From Patescibacteria group bacterium (GTDB lineage: Bacteria; Patescibacteriota; Microgenomatia; UBA8517): DNA of 42,344 nt. The DNA is taken from contig DATDSD010000048.1 in the NCBI GenBank assembly GCA_035291405.1, positions 1 to 42,344 on the forward strand. The letters are read 5' to 3'. A program made the translations under genes and the position numbers. The notes below the pieces were generated by a model, which worked only from the letters and a program-made list of their open reading frames with translations, had not been told where the DNA came from and searched no databases. Position 1 is the first letter of the stretch. Every line of letters begins with the position of its first letter. This document shows, piece after piece, positions 1 to 9,704 of this stretch.

Positions 1-287
1 TTAGATGTCCTAATTAAGATATTTTCATCATATAAATTAAAAATAACGTCCTTTTTATTTTTTAAGTTGGGATTCCTAATTGATGTACCAATTGAAGTCA
101 AGTTATTGTTATTGGCTATAAACTCTTGAGTAAATTCTCTATCTTTATACACCGAAATTCTAATATTGGAATCATAACTAGGCTGAATATTCTTGGGTAT
201 AATTTTAAGAGCAAGGGAAAGAATAACAGGAACAATAAAAACCAAGAATAAAACTGTAAATATTGTAAGCCAAATCATTTTTTTCAT
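1..287 (-). CDS. hypothetical signal-anchored protein (partial; 3' end lies beyond left window edge)
   Basis: Not in the ORF track because no stop is reached. Minus-strand ATG at 287-285 (second ATG 278-276). Hand translation stays open to nt 1: MKKMIWLTIFTVLFLVFIVPVILSLALKIIPKNIQPSYDSNIRISVYKDREF... One N-terminal hydrophobic helix, then polar Asn-rich sequence. 9-nt gap after the TAA (297-299) of the upstream gene. Confidence 0.4.
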   Translation of the reverse strand, partial: MKKMIWLTIFTVLFLVFIVPVILSLALKIIPKNIQPSYDSNIRISVYKDREFTQEFIANNNNLTSIGTSIRNPNLKNKKDVIFNLYDENILIRTS

Positions 288-296
288 AATATTTCT

Positions 297-1508
297 TTAT
301 CTTGTTAATTTTTCACTTTTAAAAATCTTATATATAATCACACCAGCCCCTCCCGCAAACAACGAATGTAAAATACTTTGTAAATTATACGGATCAAAAA
401 TTTTTTGAATAAGTGTAAATGGCGTTGGAATTAAATCAAACCAACTACTATATATTCTGTACAAAGATATCGACATTGACCTATCCTGATACAGAAGTGG
501 AATAATTGTAGCAATTACTGCTAAATAAAATAAAGGATATGATAAATACGTTTTTTTGATAGATAATATCACTACAAAAGGAGCTATCCATAAAAGCCAA
601 GCGACATGAAAATGGGAAAAAGAAAATATAATTAGTAGGGTTGTTAACCAATATTTAAACACACTTATCTTTTTATCCATTAACCAGGCAATGTAAAATA
701 GTGCAGCAAATAGCAAAAGACCAACTATTATTGACTCACCAAAACCAACTTCAAAACCAGGATTAAATATTCTTGTGGTCAGGCCAGATATTAAAGTTGA
801 CTTGATAAAAGCCTGGGACATAAATGGTAAAGATATAAGGCCAAAAGTTAAAAACGGTATAAAGCCTAATAGAAATTTCTCTTTTATATTTTTACCTTTT
901 AAAATCAAAAACGGTACGAACAGTAGGGGATATAATTTAAACCCTGCTGCTATTCCCAATGATAAAGCAGCTAACTTTAATTTATTACTCTTAACCAAGA
1001 TTAAGGATAGTAATGTAATCGCAACTGGAAAGATATCAACGTTTCCAAATGCATAAATATAATAAATAGTAAAAGGATTAAAAAGCCACAACGTAAATGC
1101 TTTTTTATCTAATTTTTTATCATCAAAGTATTTTAATAATAAAAAGGCTATAGCAAAATCAAAAATCAAATAGGGTAATTTTAATATAACAAGGTATTTA
1201 AAAATATTTGGATCTAATGTAAAAGTATTGGAGTCAGCATTGTTTAACCAGGTACCAAATGCTTTGCCCAAAAACGGGGATGAAATAGCCTGATATCCTC
1301 CCAGTGTAAAATAAGTTAATGGAAAATAAACAAACTCATCTTTCATGGAAAGATTACTTTTATTAGTTTCTAGATAGGTGTATATGTTAAAAACTCCTCG
1401 TCTTAAGAATTGGCTCTGAAAATTAAAAGTTTTTATATCAGGATGAAATATAAAAGCTGAAACCAATAATCTTAAAACTACTGCCAAAATTAGTAATTTA
1501 ATCTTCAT
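297..1508 (-). CDS. polytopic membrane protein, probable GT-C-fold glycosyltransferase (GT87/DUF2029-like by eye)
   Basis: 403 aa, hydrophobic helices throughout, no soluble domain. Segments LKLPYLIFDFAIAFLL, FNPFTIYYIYAFGNVD and GFKLYPLLF resemble GT87/DUF2029-type mannosyltransferases. 11-nt overlap with the upstream gene. Confidence 0.45.
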   Translation of the reverse strand: MKIKLLILAVVLRLLVSAFIFHPDIKTFNFQSQFLRRGVFNIYTYLETNKSNLSMKDEFVYFPLTYFTLGGYQAISSPFLGKAFGTWLNNADSNTFTLDPNIFKYLVILKLPYLIFDFAIAFLLLKYFDDKKLDKKAFTLWLFNPFTIYYIYAFGNVDIFPVAITLLSLILVKSNKLKLAALSLGIAAGFKLYPLLFVPFLILKGKNIKEKFLLGFIPFLTFGLISLPFMSQAFIKSTLISGLTTRIFNPGFEVGFGESIIVGLLLFAALFYIAWLMDKKISVFKYWLTTLLIIFSFSHFHVAWLLWIAPFVVILSIKKTYLSYPLFYLAVIATIIPLLYQDRSMSISLYRIYSSWFDLIPTPFTLIQKIFDPYNLQSILHSLFAGGAGVIIYKIFKSEKLTR

Positions 1509-3132
1509 GTTTTAATTTTACTAATAAATATAAAAATGAAAAGAGTGATATTAAATCAAAAAAAAGTCTTAAAAACGATTCTTTATATTCTATTTCAACT
1601 TCATGTTTCCCGCTTGGAACCGCTAAACTAATTTGACCATATGGTTCCCCTGACATTATATTTACTTTCTTCCCATCAACTTTAGCTGTCCAGCCGGGGT
1701 AGTTATACTTATTATAACTAAGAGTAAAATTCTCAGTACTATCTGTTTTTATTTTTGCATTAAGAGCATTTATTTCCTGAATATCAAGTTTGACTAACTT
1801 GTTATCACTAAACACTCTTGGATAAACTTTATCTGGTCTAACTATAGTTTCTTTAGGTAATCTTAAATATTCTTCCGAAGTTTTTTTGTATTCTTCACTT
1901 GCAGATAGAATAGGAATATATCTATTTATATAATAATCATCAAGTCTCCCTAGATATTCACTTGTTTTAAAGTAATTAAAGTTAAGAGCAATAGAAAAAA
2001 CAATTATGACAAGCGCTAATATTTTTTGATATTTAAACTTTGCAAAAGATATCAAAAACAAAGGACTAACCAGTGTTGTCATTGCCAAAAATCTCCAAGG
2101 GAATTGAAAATAAGGTAAAAGTGGAAGATTTCTCCAAAGATAGGCAGATCGATAATTCATCATAAAGACACTTATTAAAAAGACTAAAATTGCCCAAATT
2201 AAAATTGTTCTTTTCTCAGTATCTATCTTTTTAAATTTGAAAAAAAACAAAACTGAACCTAACCCAACCACTATTAGCCCAACAGCACCCATATAAAAAG
2301 ACATTGTGTCGTAATTACCTGGAACTGATGCCCCATACCCCCAATAGGCGACAATAAATTGCTTTAATGCAGGAAAGTGATCATAAAAATTAAAAACCGT
2401 ATCATATTTCATTAAATTACTCTCATATATTGCGGGAAACCAAAAATAAATTGACGTAAGAAGTCCTAAAAAAAGACCTTTCAAGTTCTTAATAATATAT
2501 TTCTTTTGCAGAAAAATTAAAATAATAGCAAAGGGAAAAAACATATAAGATAAAATATTGTGCGACAATATAAGTGCTGCAGAGGAAATGGCCAGTATTA
2601 CATATTTTCCTTGAATAATTGCCAAAAGAATAATTGGAAAAAATACAAAAGCCACTATCTCCCCTACACTACCCCGCACAAATATTTCCAAGGCCCTATA
2701 AGGTGCATAGACGTAAAGAATTGAACCAGCCAGAGATAATTCTTCTGACAGATAATGCTTTAATAGTTTGTACATAAAATACATTGAGAAAGGAATTGAA
2801 AGTCCAAAGAGTAATTTCATACTGTTAACCAACGAAAAACCTATCAGGTGAAACACCTCAGCGATGTAAAAAGGTAGAGGGTAAACAAAAGTAAAAAGAG
2901 GATAACCGAAACCAAAGGAGAGATCTGGAACATATCTTGGTGGAAATTGTAGCATCTTTATAACTCTATCCATTTCATATAGCCATCCAATATGCAAATC
3001 GTCTGATACCCCAAAAAAACCATTTATAAATAGATATCGAACGGCAGGTAACGATATGATTAGTACTATTAACCATATGTACTTTGAAATTATTTTTTGA
3101 AATGATTCTGTCATTTGCACTTTTTTGTCCAT
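1498..3132 (-). CDS. GT-C-type membrane glycosyltransferase, tandem paralog A1 (YfhO-like architecture)
   Basis: 544 aa. Shares with A2/A3 an acidic first-loop motif (SDDLHIGWLYEM...RYVPDLSFGFGYPLF), YAPYRALEIFVRGSVGE and FQFPWRFL. It also shares a C-terminal beta-rich soluble region (PGWTAKVDGKKV...PSGKHEVEIEYK) plus a terminal TM helix. ATG 3114 forms an ATGA overlap with the A2 stop (TGA 3111-3113) and may be the true start. Confidence 0.55.
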   Translation of the reverse strand: MDKKVQMTESFQKIISKYIWLIVLIISLPAVRYLFINGFFGVSDDLHIGWLYEMDRVIKMLQFPPRYVPDLSFGFGYPLFTFVYPLPFYIAEVFHLIGFSLVNSMKLLFGLSIPFSMYFMYKLLKHYLSEELSLAGSILYVYAPYRALEIFVRGSVGEIVAFVFFPIILLAIIQGKYVILAISSAALILSHNILSYMFFPFAIILIFLQKKYIIKNLKGLFLGLLTSIYFWFPAIYESNLMKYDTVFNFYDHFPALKQFIVAYWGYGASVPGNYDTMSFYMGAVGLIVVGLGSVLFFFKFKKIDTEKRTILIWAILVFLISVFMMNYRSAYLWRNLPLLPYFQFPWRFLAMTTLVSPLFLISFAKFKYQKILALVIIVFSIALNFNYFKTSEYLGRLDDYYINRYIPILSASEEYKKTSEEYLRLPKETIVRPDKVYPRVFSDNKLVKLDIQEINALNAKIKTDSTENFTLSYNKYNYPGWTAKVDGKKVNIMSGEPYGQISLAVPSGKHEVEIEYKESFLRLFFDLISLFSFLYLLVKLKHED

Positions 3133-4757
3133 ATCAAAAGTCCTATAAAACTAAGGATCGATAATGTATTAGCAAATGTCCTTAGGAGAGTATTTCTAAA
3201 ATGGCCCTCAACATCATATTTTCCATCTGGGAGAAAAATTGAAATTCTACCTAAAACATTGTCATGAGTAATAATATGATTTTTTCCATTAACCTCAACT
3301 TCCCAATTAGGAAAATAAAAAATTGGCATTTCAATTTGAGTATCTTTTTTAACATCAATGTTAAAGGAAAATTTATTACTTTTATTTACAAAATCATAGA
3401 TAATTGCATCTCCAGAGATAATAATTGGGTCTATCTGTGCAGCTTCTCTAGGTTCAAGTGCAGTTTTGGGCAAATAATCTAAAAGTGCCCCCTTTCTCTG
3501 ATCGTCCCAAAGTTTACCTGACAATTTTTCTGAGTCTGAAACAGAATAATATTCTCGAGGTCTAAAATATCCCCAATTCAAAAAAATCGCCAATATTATT
3601 ATTAATAAACTAATAATTTTTCTATATTTCTCCTTTGCAATAAAAACAACTACTCCCCCCAATATTGATGATGTCAAAATTGATAATGACAAAAATCGCC
3701 AAGGAAATTGGAAAAATTGTAAAATTGAAATATTCTCCCAAAAGATAGTCGATTTGTTGTGAGTCATGAAGATCGAAAATAAAAATACTGTAAATATACC
3801 TAGTACTAAAATTTTTGTTTCCTTTTTAATCTTAGTTAAAAAGATGGCAACAACTGAAACTATGGTCAACAACCAATATGGCCATCCTATTTGAAAATTC
3901 ATTCCTCCCTCGGGCCCAGGAATTGAAGTTCCATAGCCCCAAACTCTGTCTAAAAATAACTGTTTGACACTAATAAAATTTGCTCTGTAATCCAACTCAA
4001 ATCTGGTTAGACTCTCAGTTTGAACTAGATTTTTCTCTAAAAATGCAGGAAGAGTAAAAAATGCAGACATTCCAAACGCTAAGATCAAAGACAGTAATAT
4101 TGGTTTTAAGGCTTTAAATTTTCCAACCCATACCCAATAAAACATCCAAACTAAAACAATTGGAACAAAAATAACTGTCATTATGTTATGAGTTATTAAA
4201 AATAAAAATAGTGTCAAAGAAAATAGTAAGTAATTTTTTTTCTCGGAAACAATAGCCTTATAACCAAAATATAAAACAAATGGGATTATGGAAAGCGCCA
4301 AGCTTTCTGATAATGCTCCCCTGACATAGATATCTAGCGCTTTATATGGTGCAAACATATAAAGAATTGCGGATGTTAGACCGGCATATTTACCCCACAA
4401 ATTCTTGATCAACAAATACATTCCAAAACTACCTCCAATAAGTGCCATAAAGAAAAGTATCTTTGCCGATCCAATAAATCCAAAAACAAAACTTAAAATT
4501 GCACCTAAATAATAAGCTAGGGGGCCATAAAAATTAAAAAGTGGCATTCCATTTCCCCACCCCATATCAGGAACCCACCTACAAGGGATTTGAAAATCGG
4601 AAAAACACTTCCTCATCTCAAATATCCTAATTATCTGTAAATCGTCTTGATGTGAAAAGTAACCGCTTCTAAAAAGAGGCCACGAAACAAACAATCCAAA
4701 GATAAATATTACTAAAAAAGGCCAATGTTTTTTTATTGTTTCTTTGATATTAGCCAT
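3111..4757 (-). CDS. GT-C-type membrane glycosyltransferase, tandem paralog A2
   Basis: 548 aa. SHQDDLQIIRIFEM...IPCRWVPDMGWGNGMPLFNFYGPLAYY; FAPYKALDIYVRGALSE; FQFPWRFL. C-terminal FPNWEVEVNGK...PDGKYDVEGHF plus a terminal TM. 25-nt overlap with the A3 end. Confidence 0.55.
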   Translation of the reverse strand: MANIKETIKKHWPFLVIFIFGLFVSWPLFRSGYFSHQDDLQIIRIFEMRKCFSDFQIPCRWVPDMGWGNGMPLFNFYGPLAYYLGAILSFVFGFIGSAKILFFMALIGGSFGMYLLIKNLWGKYAGLTSAILYMFAPYKALDIYVRGALSESLALSIIPFVLYFGYKAIVSEKKNYLLFSLTLFLFLITHNIMTVIFVPIVLVWMFYWVWVGKFKALKPILLSLILAFGMSAFFTLPAFLEKNLVQTESLTRFELDYRANFISVKQLFLDRVWGYGTSIPGPEGGMNFQIGWPYWLLTIVSVVAIFLTKIKKETKILVLGIFTVFLFSIFMTHNKSTIFWENISILQFFQFPWRFLSLSILTSSILGGVVVFIAKEKYRKIISLLIIILAIFLNWGYFRPREYYSVSDSEKLSGKLWDDQRKGALLDYLPKTALEPREAAQIDPIIISGDAIIYDFVNKSNKFSFNIDVKKDTQIEMPIFYFPNWEVEVNGKNHIITHDNVLGRISIFLPDGKYDVEGHFRNTLLRTFANTLSILSFIGLLIWTKKCK

Positions 4758-6406
4758 ATAATTATCCCCAAACTAATTAAAGATAGATAGTTTCCTATCG
4801 TTCTTATTATTGTATCAGTTAATCTGGCCTCGATTTGATACTCCCCCTTAGTTAGTTTAAAAGTAATAAGACCATAACAAAACTTTTCGAGTCTGCAATC
4901 GTTATTGTAATGATTTACAACATTACCATCCACAGTTACCTTCATTCCTGGAAAATCAAACAATGGTAACCGAATTGTTGCATCTTCTAAAACAGTTATC
5001 TTTCCAGTTTGATAATCGCTTCCCTTTTTATAATCAACAATATCTGCCTTACCATCTAATATCTCAGGTATTGCAGGTGCTTCATTTATTGGTGGAAATG
5101 TTGCATAAATTGGCAAGTAATCAAAAATACTAATTGTCATCTGTTTTTGCCAACTAGATCCTGAGAATTTATCTGAATCTTTAATATCAAGCCAGTCTTT
5201 AGGCACAAAGAAACCTATATTAATAATGATTGCCACTAAAATTACACCTATTCCCAAAAAATATTTATATTGTTTTGAAAAATATATTGCCAATCCCCCA
5301 AGAATTGAAAGTAAAAATATTGAGATTGATAAATACCTCCACGGGAACTGCATCCACCATAGGACAGGAAGTTTGGCCCACAAAAAACTTGATTTCATAT
5401 GAATCATAAACAAAGTAAGTATTGTAGAAAAACAAAGCATTAAAGAAAGAAAAGACAATTTAGGAAATTTTTTGTAATTTTTTATTGCTAAAATTCCGGC
5501 AATTAAGCCCATCAACCATTGGACCAGACCAACAGAAAGATTTAATTTTTCATCTGGAAAACCGGAAGAGCCATAACCCCATTCACGAGATATAAATAAC
5601 TTATATAAGCTTACAAAATGAGCTCTATAATCAAAATAGCCACCAAGCATCGATTCAACATGAACAAATTCTTTTTCGAAAATAACAGGAAGTGTAAAAA
5701 ACGAAGCCAGACCAATTCCCAATAATCCAGGCCATAATAATACTGGCCATCTCTTAATTTTATTCTCAGTAATTAACCAATAAACTGCCCAAATAATTGC
5801 AATTGGTGCAAAAATTAGAGACATCAAATTGTGTGTAGTTAATAAAAGACCCAATGATATGGCAAACCATATAATATATTTTTTCTTTTCAGTTTTGATA
5901 AGCATATAAATTGCCCAAAGAATAATCGGAAAAAATGTAAAAGCCCAAAATTCACTCATAGCTCCCCTAACATAAACTTCAACTGCTTTGTAGGGCACAT
6001 ATGTATAAAGAATAGAGGAAACAAAGGCAGGCCACGACCCAAGCAAGGAATCAACAAGAACAAACATTGCCAGAGCTGAAGCGACGTAGCCAATGATGAA
6101 TAAGATTTTTACTGCGTCTATGTATTGGAACCCAATTCTGTGAAGCAATGCTCCAACATAATAGACGGATGGGGGGTAATAATTAAACTGAGGATATCCA
6201 TATCCATAACCCGCATCAGGTACCCAGCGACATGGAATTTGGGCATCTTGGAAACATTTATCCATCTCATAGACTCTAAATGCCTGTAAATCATCTTGCA
6301 TAGAGAAAAATCCTGGACGTATTAAGTTCCAACAAACAGGAATTGTAGATAAAACAACAAGAAGTATCCAAGCTAATTTTTGATGACTTTTAATGAATTT
6401 GATCAC
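4733..6406 (-). CDS. GT-C-type membrane glycosyltransferase, tandem paralog A3
   Basis: 557 aa, GTG start at 6406. SMQDDLQAFRVYEM...IPCRWVPDAGYGYGYPQFNYYPP; YVPYKAVEVYVRGAMSE; MQFPWRYL. C-terminal FPGMKVTVDGN...TKGEYQIEARL plus a TM. First gene after a 41-nt gap. Confidence 0.55.
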   Translation of the reverse strand: MIKFIKSHQKLAWILLVVLSTIPVCWNLIRPGFFSMQDDLQAFRVYEMDKCFQDAQIPCRWVPDAGYGYGYPQFNYYPPSVYYVGALLHRIGFQYIDAVKILFIIGYVASALAMFVLVDSLLGSWPAFVSSILYTYVPYKAVEVYVRGAMSEFWAFTFFPIILWAIYMLIKTEKKKYIIWFAISLGLLLTTHNLMSLIFAPIAIIWAVYWLITENKIKRWPVLLWPGLLGIGLASFFTLPVIFEKEFVHVESMLGGYFDYRAHFVSLYKLFISREWGYGSSGFPDEKLNLSVGLVQWLMGLIAGILAIKNYKKFPKLSFLSLMLCFSTILTLFMIHMKSSFLWAKLPVLWWMQFPWRYLSISIFLLSILGGLAIYFSKQYKYFLGIGVILVAIIINIGFFVPKDWLDIKDSDKFSGSSWQKQMTISIFDYLPIYATFPPINEAPAIPEILDGKADIVDYKKGSDYQTGKITVLEDATIRLPLFDFPGMKVTVDGNVVNHYNNDCRLEKFCYGLITFKLTKGEYQIEARLTDTIIRTIGNYLSLISLGIIIWLISKKQ

Positions 6407-6412
6407 TTCTTC

Positions 6413-6420
6413 ATTTTACA
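6413..6420 (-). promoter_or_regulatory. -10 box TG-TAAAAT, 6 nt upstream of GTG 6406
   Basis: Minus strand: TGTAAAAT GAAGAA GTG. Confidence 0.35.
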
Positions 6421-6447
6421 ACAAAATGGGGTCTTTTTATTTATTGA

Positions 6448-6938
6448 TTACTTTTTATTCAAATCAATCTTTACTCTTACATCAAGCCTTGAATTCGGAT
6501 CATTCATCCAAACCGTTTTTGGAGTAATTTTATAAATTTTATATTTTTTACCATCAAAAACCATTGACTTAATAAACTGCATTGCTCTCTTGGTATTAAT
6601 TCCGCCATAGGGATATTCTCTTAATCCGTAAAGCTTAGCAATTCTTAATGAATCTTTTAAATTTACAGCTTCTGCAATTGCTTCAATTTGAAGTCCTATT
6701 CCTCGCCCCAAAGTTGTTGTGAATCAAAAATTGCGACTGCAACTTTCTTATTTTTGGAAATATTTTTACAATGTTCTGAAGTTGGCATTGAAACAAAATA
6801 CAAGTTCCAATCTTTATCAAAACAATAAACTACCGGAGAAATCCATGGACTGTTTCCTCCGACTGAAGCAATTGTTAGATATTGATTACCCTCAATTATT
6901 TTTCTAGCTAATCTATTTAAATCTCTAACCATGAACAT
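6448..6938 (-). pseudogene. pyridoxamine 5'-phosphate oxidase-like (FMN-binding split-barrel) gene interrupted by a frameshift
   Basis: Two adjacent ORFs (6696-6986 and 6448-6711) read as one PNPOx-like protein: ...YLTIASVGGNSPWISPVVYCFDKDWNLYFVSMPTSEHCKNI..VAVAIFDSQQL / GRGIGLQIEAIAEAV... Frames switch inside CTTTGGGGC (T3G4 run, 6701-6712). The likely start, ATG 6938-6936 (MFMVRD), forms a TAATG overlap with the stop of the upstream GT2. Confidence 0.6.
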
Positions 6939-7771
6939 TAATTCTTTATCAATCCTAATACTTTTTGCCACTTTTGACCAACCCAAATAATAGCGTTTAT
7001 TATGTAATGCTTAATTAAACCATGATAAGTTTTACTGGAGGGTATCAATTTCTTCCATCTTTGACTCTCATCAGCAAGTTTTTTAAATGTAGCTCCATGA
7101 TAATGTGTGATTACTGACTCCGGAAGGTAATAAACTTTTAAACCATTTTTCCAAGTCTGTCTACAGTAATCAATATCTTCAAAATAAGCAAAGTATCTTT
7201 CATCCAAAATTCCCACTCTTTTTTTTGCTTCTGGTGTTATTAAAAAAACAGCTCCAACCACAGCATCAACTGTTGTTGGTTTTTTGGATGTCGGTGCAAA
7301 TTTATCAAAAAGTCCTCTTTGCCCTAAGAAATACTGTTTAATTGCATTACTTATCGTAGGAAAGTTAAAACAAGACATTTGGAGTGTACCATCAATATTT
7401 AATAATTTACTTCCAACAACACCGGCGTCAGGATTTTTTTCTGCAAATTCGACTAATTTATTTAAAGAATTTTCATAAACAACAGTATCATTATTTAAAA
7501 GTAGTATATATTCACCTTTACTTTTTCTAATACCTTGATTATTGGCCTTGGCATAACCGGTATTGTTGTCATTAAAAATAGCGGTGAAATTATCATACAT
7601 CTTGTCATATTTTTTAAGCATTTCAACAGAACCATCATTACTACCATTATCTGTCACCAATACTTCAAAGGGGAAATTTAATTTGTGTTTATAAATTGAT
7701 TTAATACAACCTTCAGTTAGATCAACAGTATTTAGGTTTACAATAACAATAGAAAGTTTTATTTTTTTCAT
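6938..7771 (-). CDS. GT2 glycosyltransferase (WbbL/rhamnosyltransferase-like subfamily)
   Basis: 277 aa. LSIVIVNLN...VTDNGSNDGS...NTGYAKANNQG...LLNNDT...DERYFAYFEDIDYCRQ. 4-nt overlap with the upstream gene. Confidence 0.8.
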   Translation of the reverse strand: MKKIKLSIVIVNLNTVDLTEGCIKSIYKHKLNFPFEVLVTDNGSNDGSVEMLKKYDKMYDNFTAIFNDNNTGYAKANNQGIRKSKGEYILLLNNDTVVYENSLNKLVEFAEKNPDAGVVGSKLLNIDGTLQMSCFNFPTISNAIKQYFLGQRGLFDKFAPTSKKPTTVDAVVGAVFLITPEAKKRVGILDERYFAYFEDIDYCRQTWKNGLKVYYLPESVITHYHGATFKKLADESQRWKKLIPSSKTYHGLIKHYIINAIIWVGQKWQKVLGLIKN

Positions 7772-8667
7772 TGATAATTTGCAAATATAGCCTCATCAGA
7801 AACTTTACATTCTTTAATCTCTTTCTTTTTGGCCTTAAGAGCAATAGGAAGCCTACCCAAAGCCATAAAAATAATTATAAAATATCCAGGATGCGCAATC
7901 GCTCGAGAAAGCATTTTTATTATATGTTTTCTAATTAAGTTTTTACTTTGAATGTTTTTCCATAGCATTAATAACTGATTTCTTTCTTTAACTCTGGCAA
8001 CATATTTCTTTGGAAACTTAGAAATTGTAGACTCATGTTGATGAACTACTTTTCCGTTTGGCTCCCAAAGATTTATATAACCTCTTTTTGCAGCTCTAAA
8101 ACATAAATCAATATCTTCCCAATAAAAAGGAGAGAGAAGTTTTTCATCCATTCCACCAAGTTCCTGCCAAATACTTTTTCTAAAAACTCCACTTCCACCA
8201 CTTACATAAAAGCTTTGATGAGCTTCCTTGGTTTCTTTACTCATTGCAAGCTGTATATACCCTTCTGCAAAAAAACCCTTAGCACCACCATATCCTTCTT
8301 CGTGCGTTGAAACAGCAAAAACCTTTGGGTTATCAAAATGGGGTAAAAGCGACTCTAAAAAGTTTTTCTCTGGAATAACATCTGTATTTATCAAAAGAAT
8401 TAAATCTCCCTTTGTGGCTCTGACACCAGTATTTACCGCAGCTGAAAAACCTCTATTTTTTGTATGCTTTATAAGCTTTATTCTGCCCGCATATTCTTTA
8501 TTTAGAAAAGAAACACTGTTGTCCCAGCTTCCATCATCTACTACAATCACTTCAATTATGTTATTTACAGAGTTATTTACAGCTTCAAAAAGCATTGGTA
8601 AATTCTTTTCCATAATAGTCTTTCCGTTTATACTCGGCATAACGACTGATACGGTTAGTTTTTTCAT
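7768..8667 (-). CDS. GT2 glycosyltransferase
   Basis: 299 aa. VSVVMPS...VVDDGSWDNS...NRGFSAAVNTG...LINTDV...FYWEDIDLCFRA. 4-nt overlap with the upstream gene. Confidence 0.8.
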   Translation of the reverse strand: MKKLTVSVVMPSINGKTIMEKNLPMLFEAVNNSVNNIIEVIVVDDGSWDNSVSFLNKEYAGRIKLIKHTKNRGFSAAVNTGVRATKGDLILLINTDVIPEKNFLESLLPHFDNPKVFAVSTHEEGYGGAKGFFAEGYIQLAMSKETKEAHQSFYVSGGSGVFRKSIWQELGGMDEKLLSPFYWEDIDLCFRAAKRGYINLWEPNGKVVHQHESTISKFPKKYVARVKERNQLLMLWKNIQSKNLIRKHIIKMLSRAIAHPGYFIIIFMALGRLPIALKAKKKEIKECKVSDEAIFANYQ

Positions 8668-9704
8668 TTTATTATCTCTAATACTTTATTTTTAAAATTT
8701 AAATAATCAAAGTCTTTTGATCTCTGAACAGTAAATTCAGAAATCGATTTGAATTTTCCAGGAACCAAAGCTATCTTTTCTGTCTTGTTTATTAGATCAT
8801 TTATATTTTCCCACAAAAGATAAAGGTTTAAAGGTCCAATAATTTCTTTAAATCCTCCAGAATTAAAAACTAAAGGAACACAGCCTGAGGACATTGCCTC
8901 AATCAAGGTTATTCCAAAATGCTCTACTCCTTCAGGATTTTTAATTTCGTCCATTCCAAAGCCTGCAGCTGACCAAAAATACTTAGACTTACCATAAATT
9001 TCTCTAATTATATTAAAATCAGGGCTTTCAATAATTTCAATATTATAGTTTTTTGACAGTTTTCTTAATTTTTTAACATAATCTCCTACTCCAACTTCAG
9101 TACCACCCGCTAATATTAATTTCCAGTCTTCAAATTTTTTGTTTGTCACCAATTTTTTAAAAGATTTAATTAAAATTTCGTGACCTTTGTTTTGAACAAG
9201 ATTGGAAAACCTTCCAACATAACAAATTTGGTTTTCTTTTCTTTTCGGTTTGAAAAGTTTTACATCAATGGGAGGATATAAAACTTCAGAATTAACTCCA
9301 TATTCTTTATCAATAATTTTTTTAGTGAACTCTGAATTACAAATAATTTTATTCACTCGAAATAGTTTCATCTTATTAAGAAGAGACCTACCATCTACAT
9401 CGTGGAAAGGAACTTGAAAATGGATGTAATTCTTCTTTGCTCTAAGCGTCGGAATACTGCCATCGCTAACCCAAAAACAGATATCATAAGAGTCTCCTCT
9501 GTTAATATTTTTTACAAAATTTATATTTTGAGGAAGTTTTAAGCCAAAACGTGCAATAAGTTTTTCTTTTATCTTTTCTTCTTTCCATTCAATTGAAACA
9601 TCATAACCCAAGTCCTCTGCTAAGACTTTAGCAAAAGATAATGTATATTTTTCTCCGCCTCCTAATGTATCTAGGTACGGATTGTAGATAGCTGCTTTTC
9701 CCAT
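8664..9704 (-). CDS. GT4 (GT-B fold) glycosyltransferase
   Basis: 346 aa. N-terminal LGGGEKY and a C-terminal EX7E-type region EHFGITLIEAMSSGCVPLV. 34-nt overlap with the upstream gene. Confidence 0.75.
   Translation of the reverse strand: MGKAAIYNPYLDTLGGGEKYTLSFAKVLAEDLGYDVSIEWKEEKIKEKLIARFGLKLPQNINFVKNINRGDSYDICFWVSDGSIPTLRAKKNYIHFQVPFHDVDGRSLLNKMKLFRVNKIICNSEFTKKIIDKEYGVNSEVLYPPIDVKLFKPKRKENQICYVGRFSNLVQNKGHEILIKSFKKLVTNKKFEDWKLILAGGTEVGVGDYVKKLRKLSKNYNIEIIESPDFNIIREIYGKSKYFWSAAGFGMDEIKNPEGVEHFGITLIEAMSSGCVPLVFNSGGFKEIIGPLNLYLLWENINDLINKTEKIALVPGKFKSISEFTVQRSKDFDYLNFKNKVLEIIK

Noticed and set aside
3111-3114. Possibility of an alternative genetic code (UGA=Gly, code 25, used by some CPR lineages)
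   Set aside because: TGA terminates well-delimited genes exactly at ATGA start/stop overlaps (3111, 26177), and the ORFs have normal family lengths under code 11.
8228-8695. 155-aa + strand ORF, with many similar 60-140-aa ORFs elsewhere (193-408, 775-1056, 3264-3482, 6719-6907, 7284-7478, 9928-10122, 10128-10463, 12284-12586, 24737-24946, 25237-25446, 30236-30589, 31650-32069, 33323-33766, 36366-37575, 38887-39132, 39883-40107, 41054-42215)
   Set aside because: All lie antisense to, or out of frame within, longer ORFs that carry recognisable family motifs. Their translations are low-complexity (Leu/Ile/Phe/Ser/Lys-rich), as expected for shadow ORFs in AT-rich DNA.
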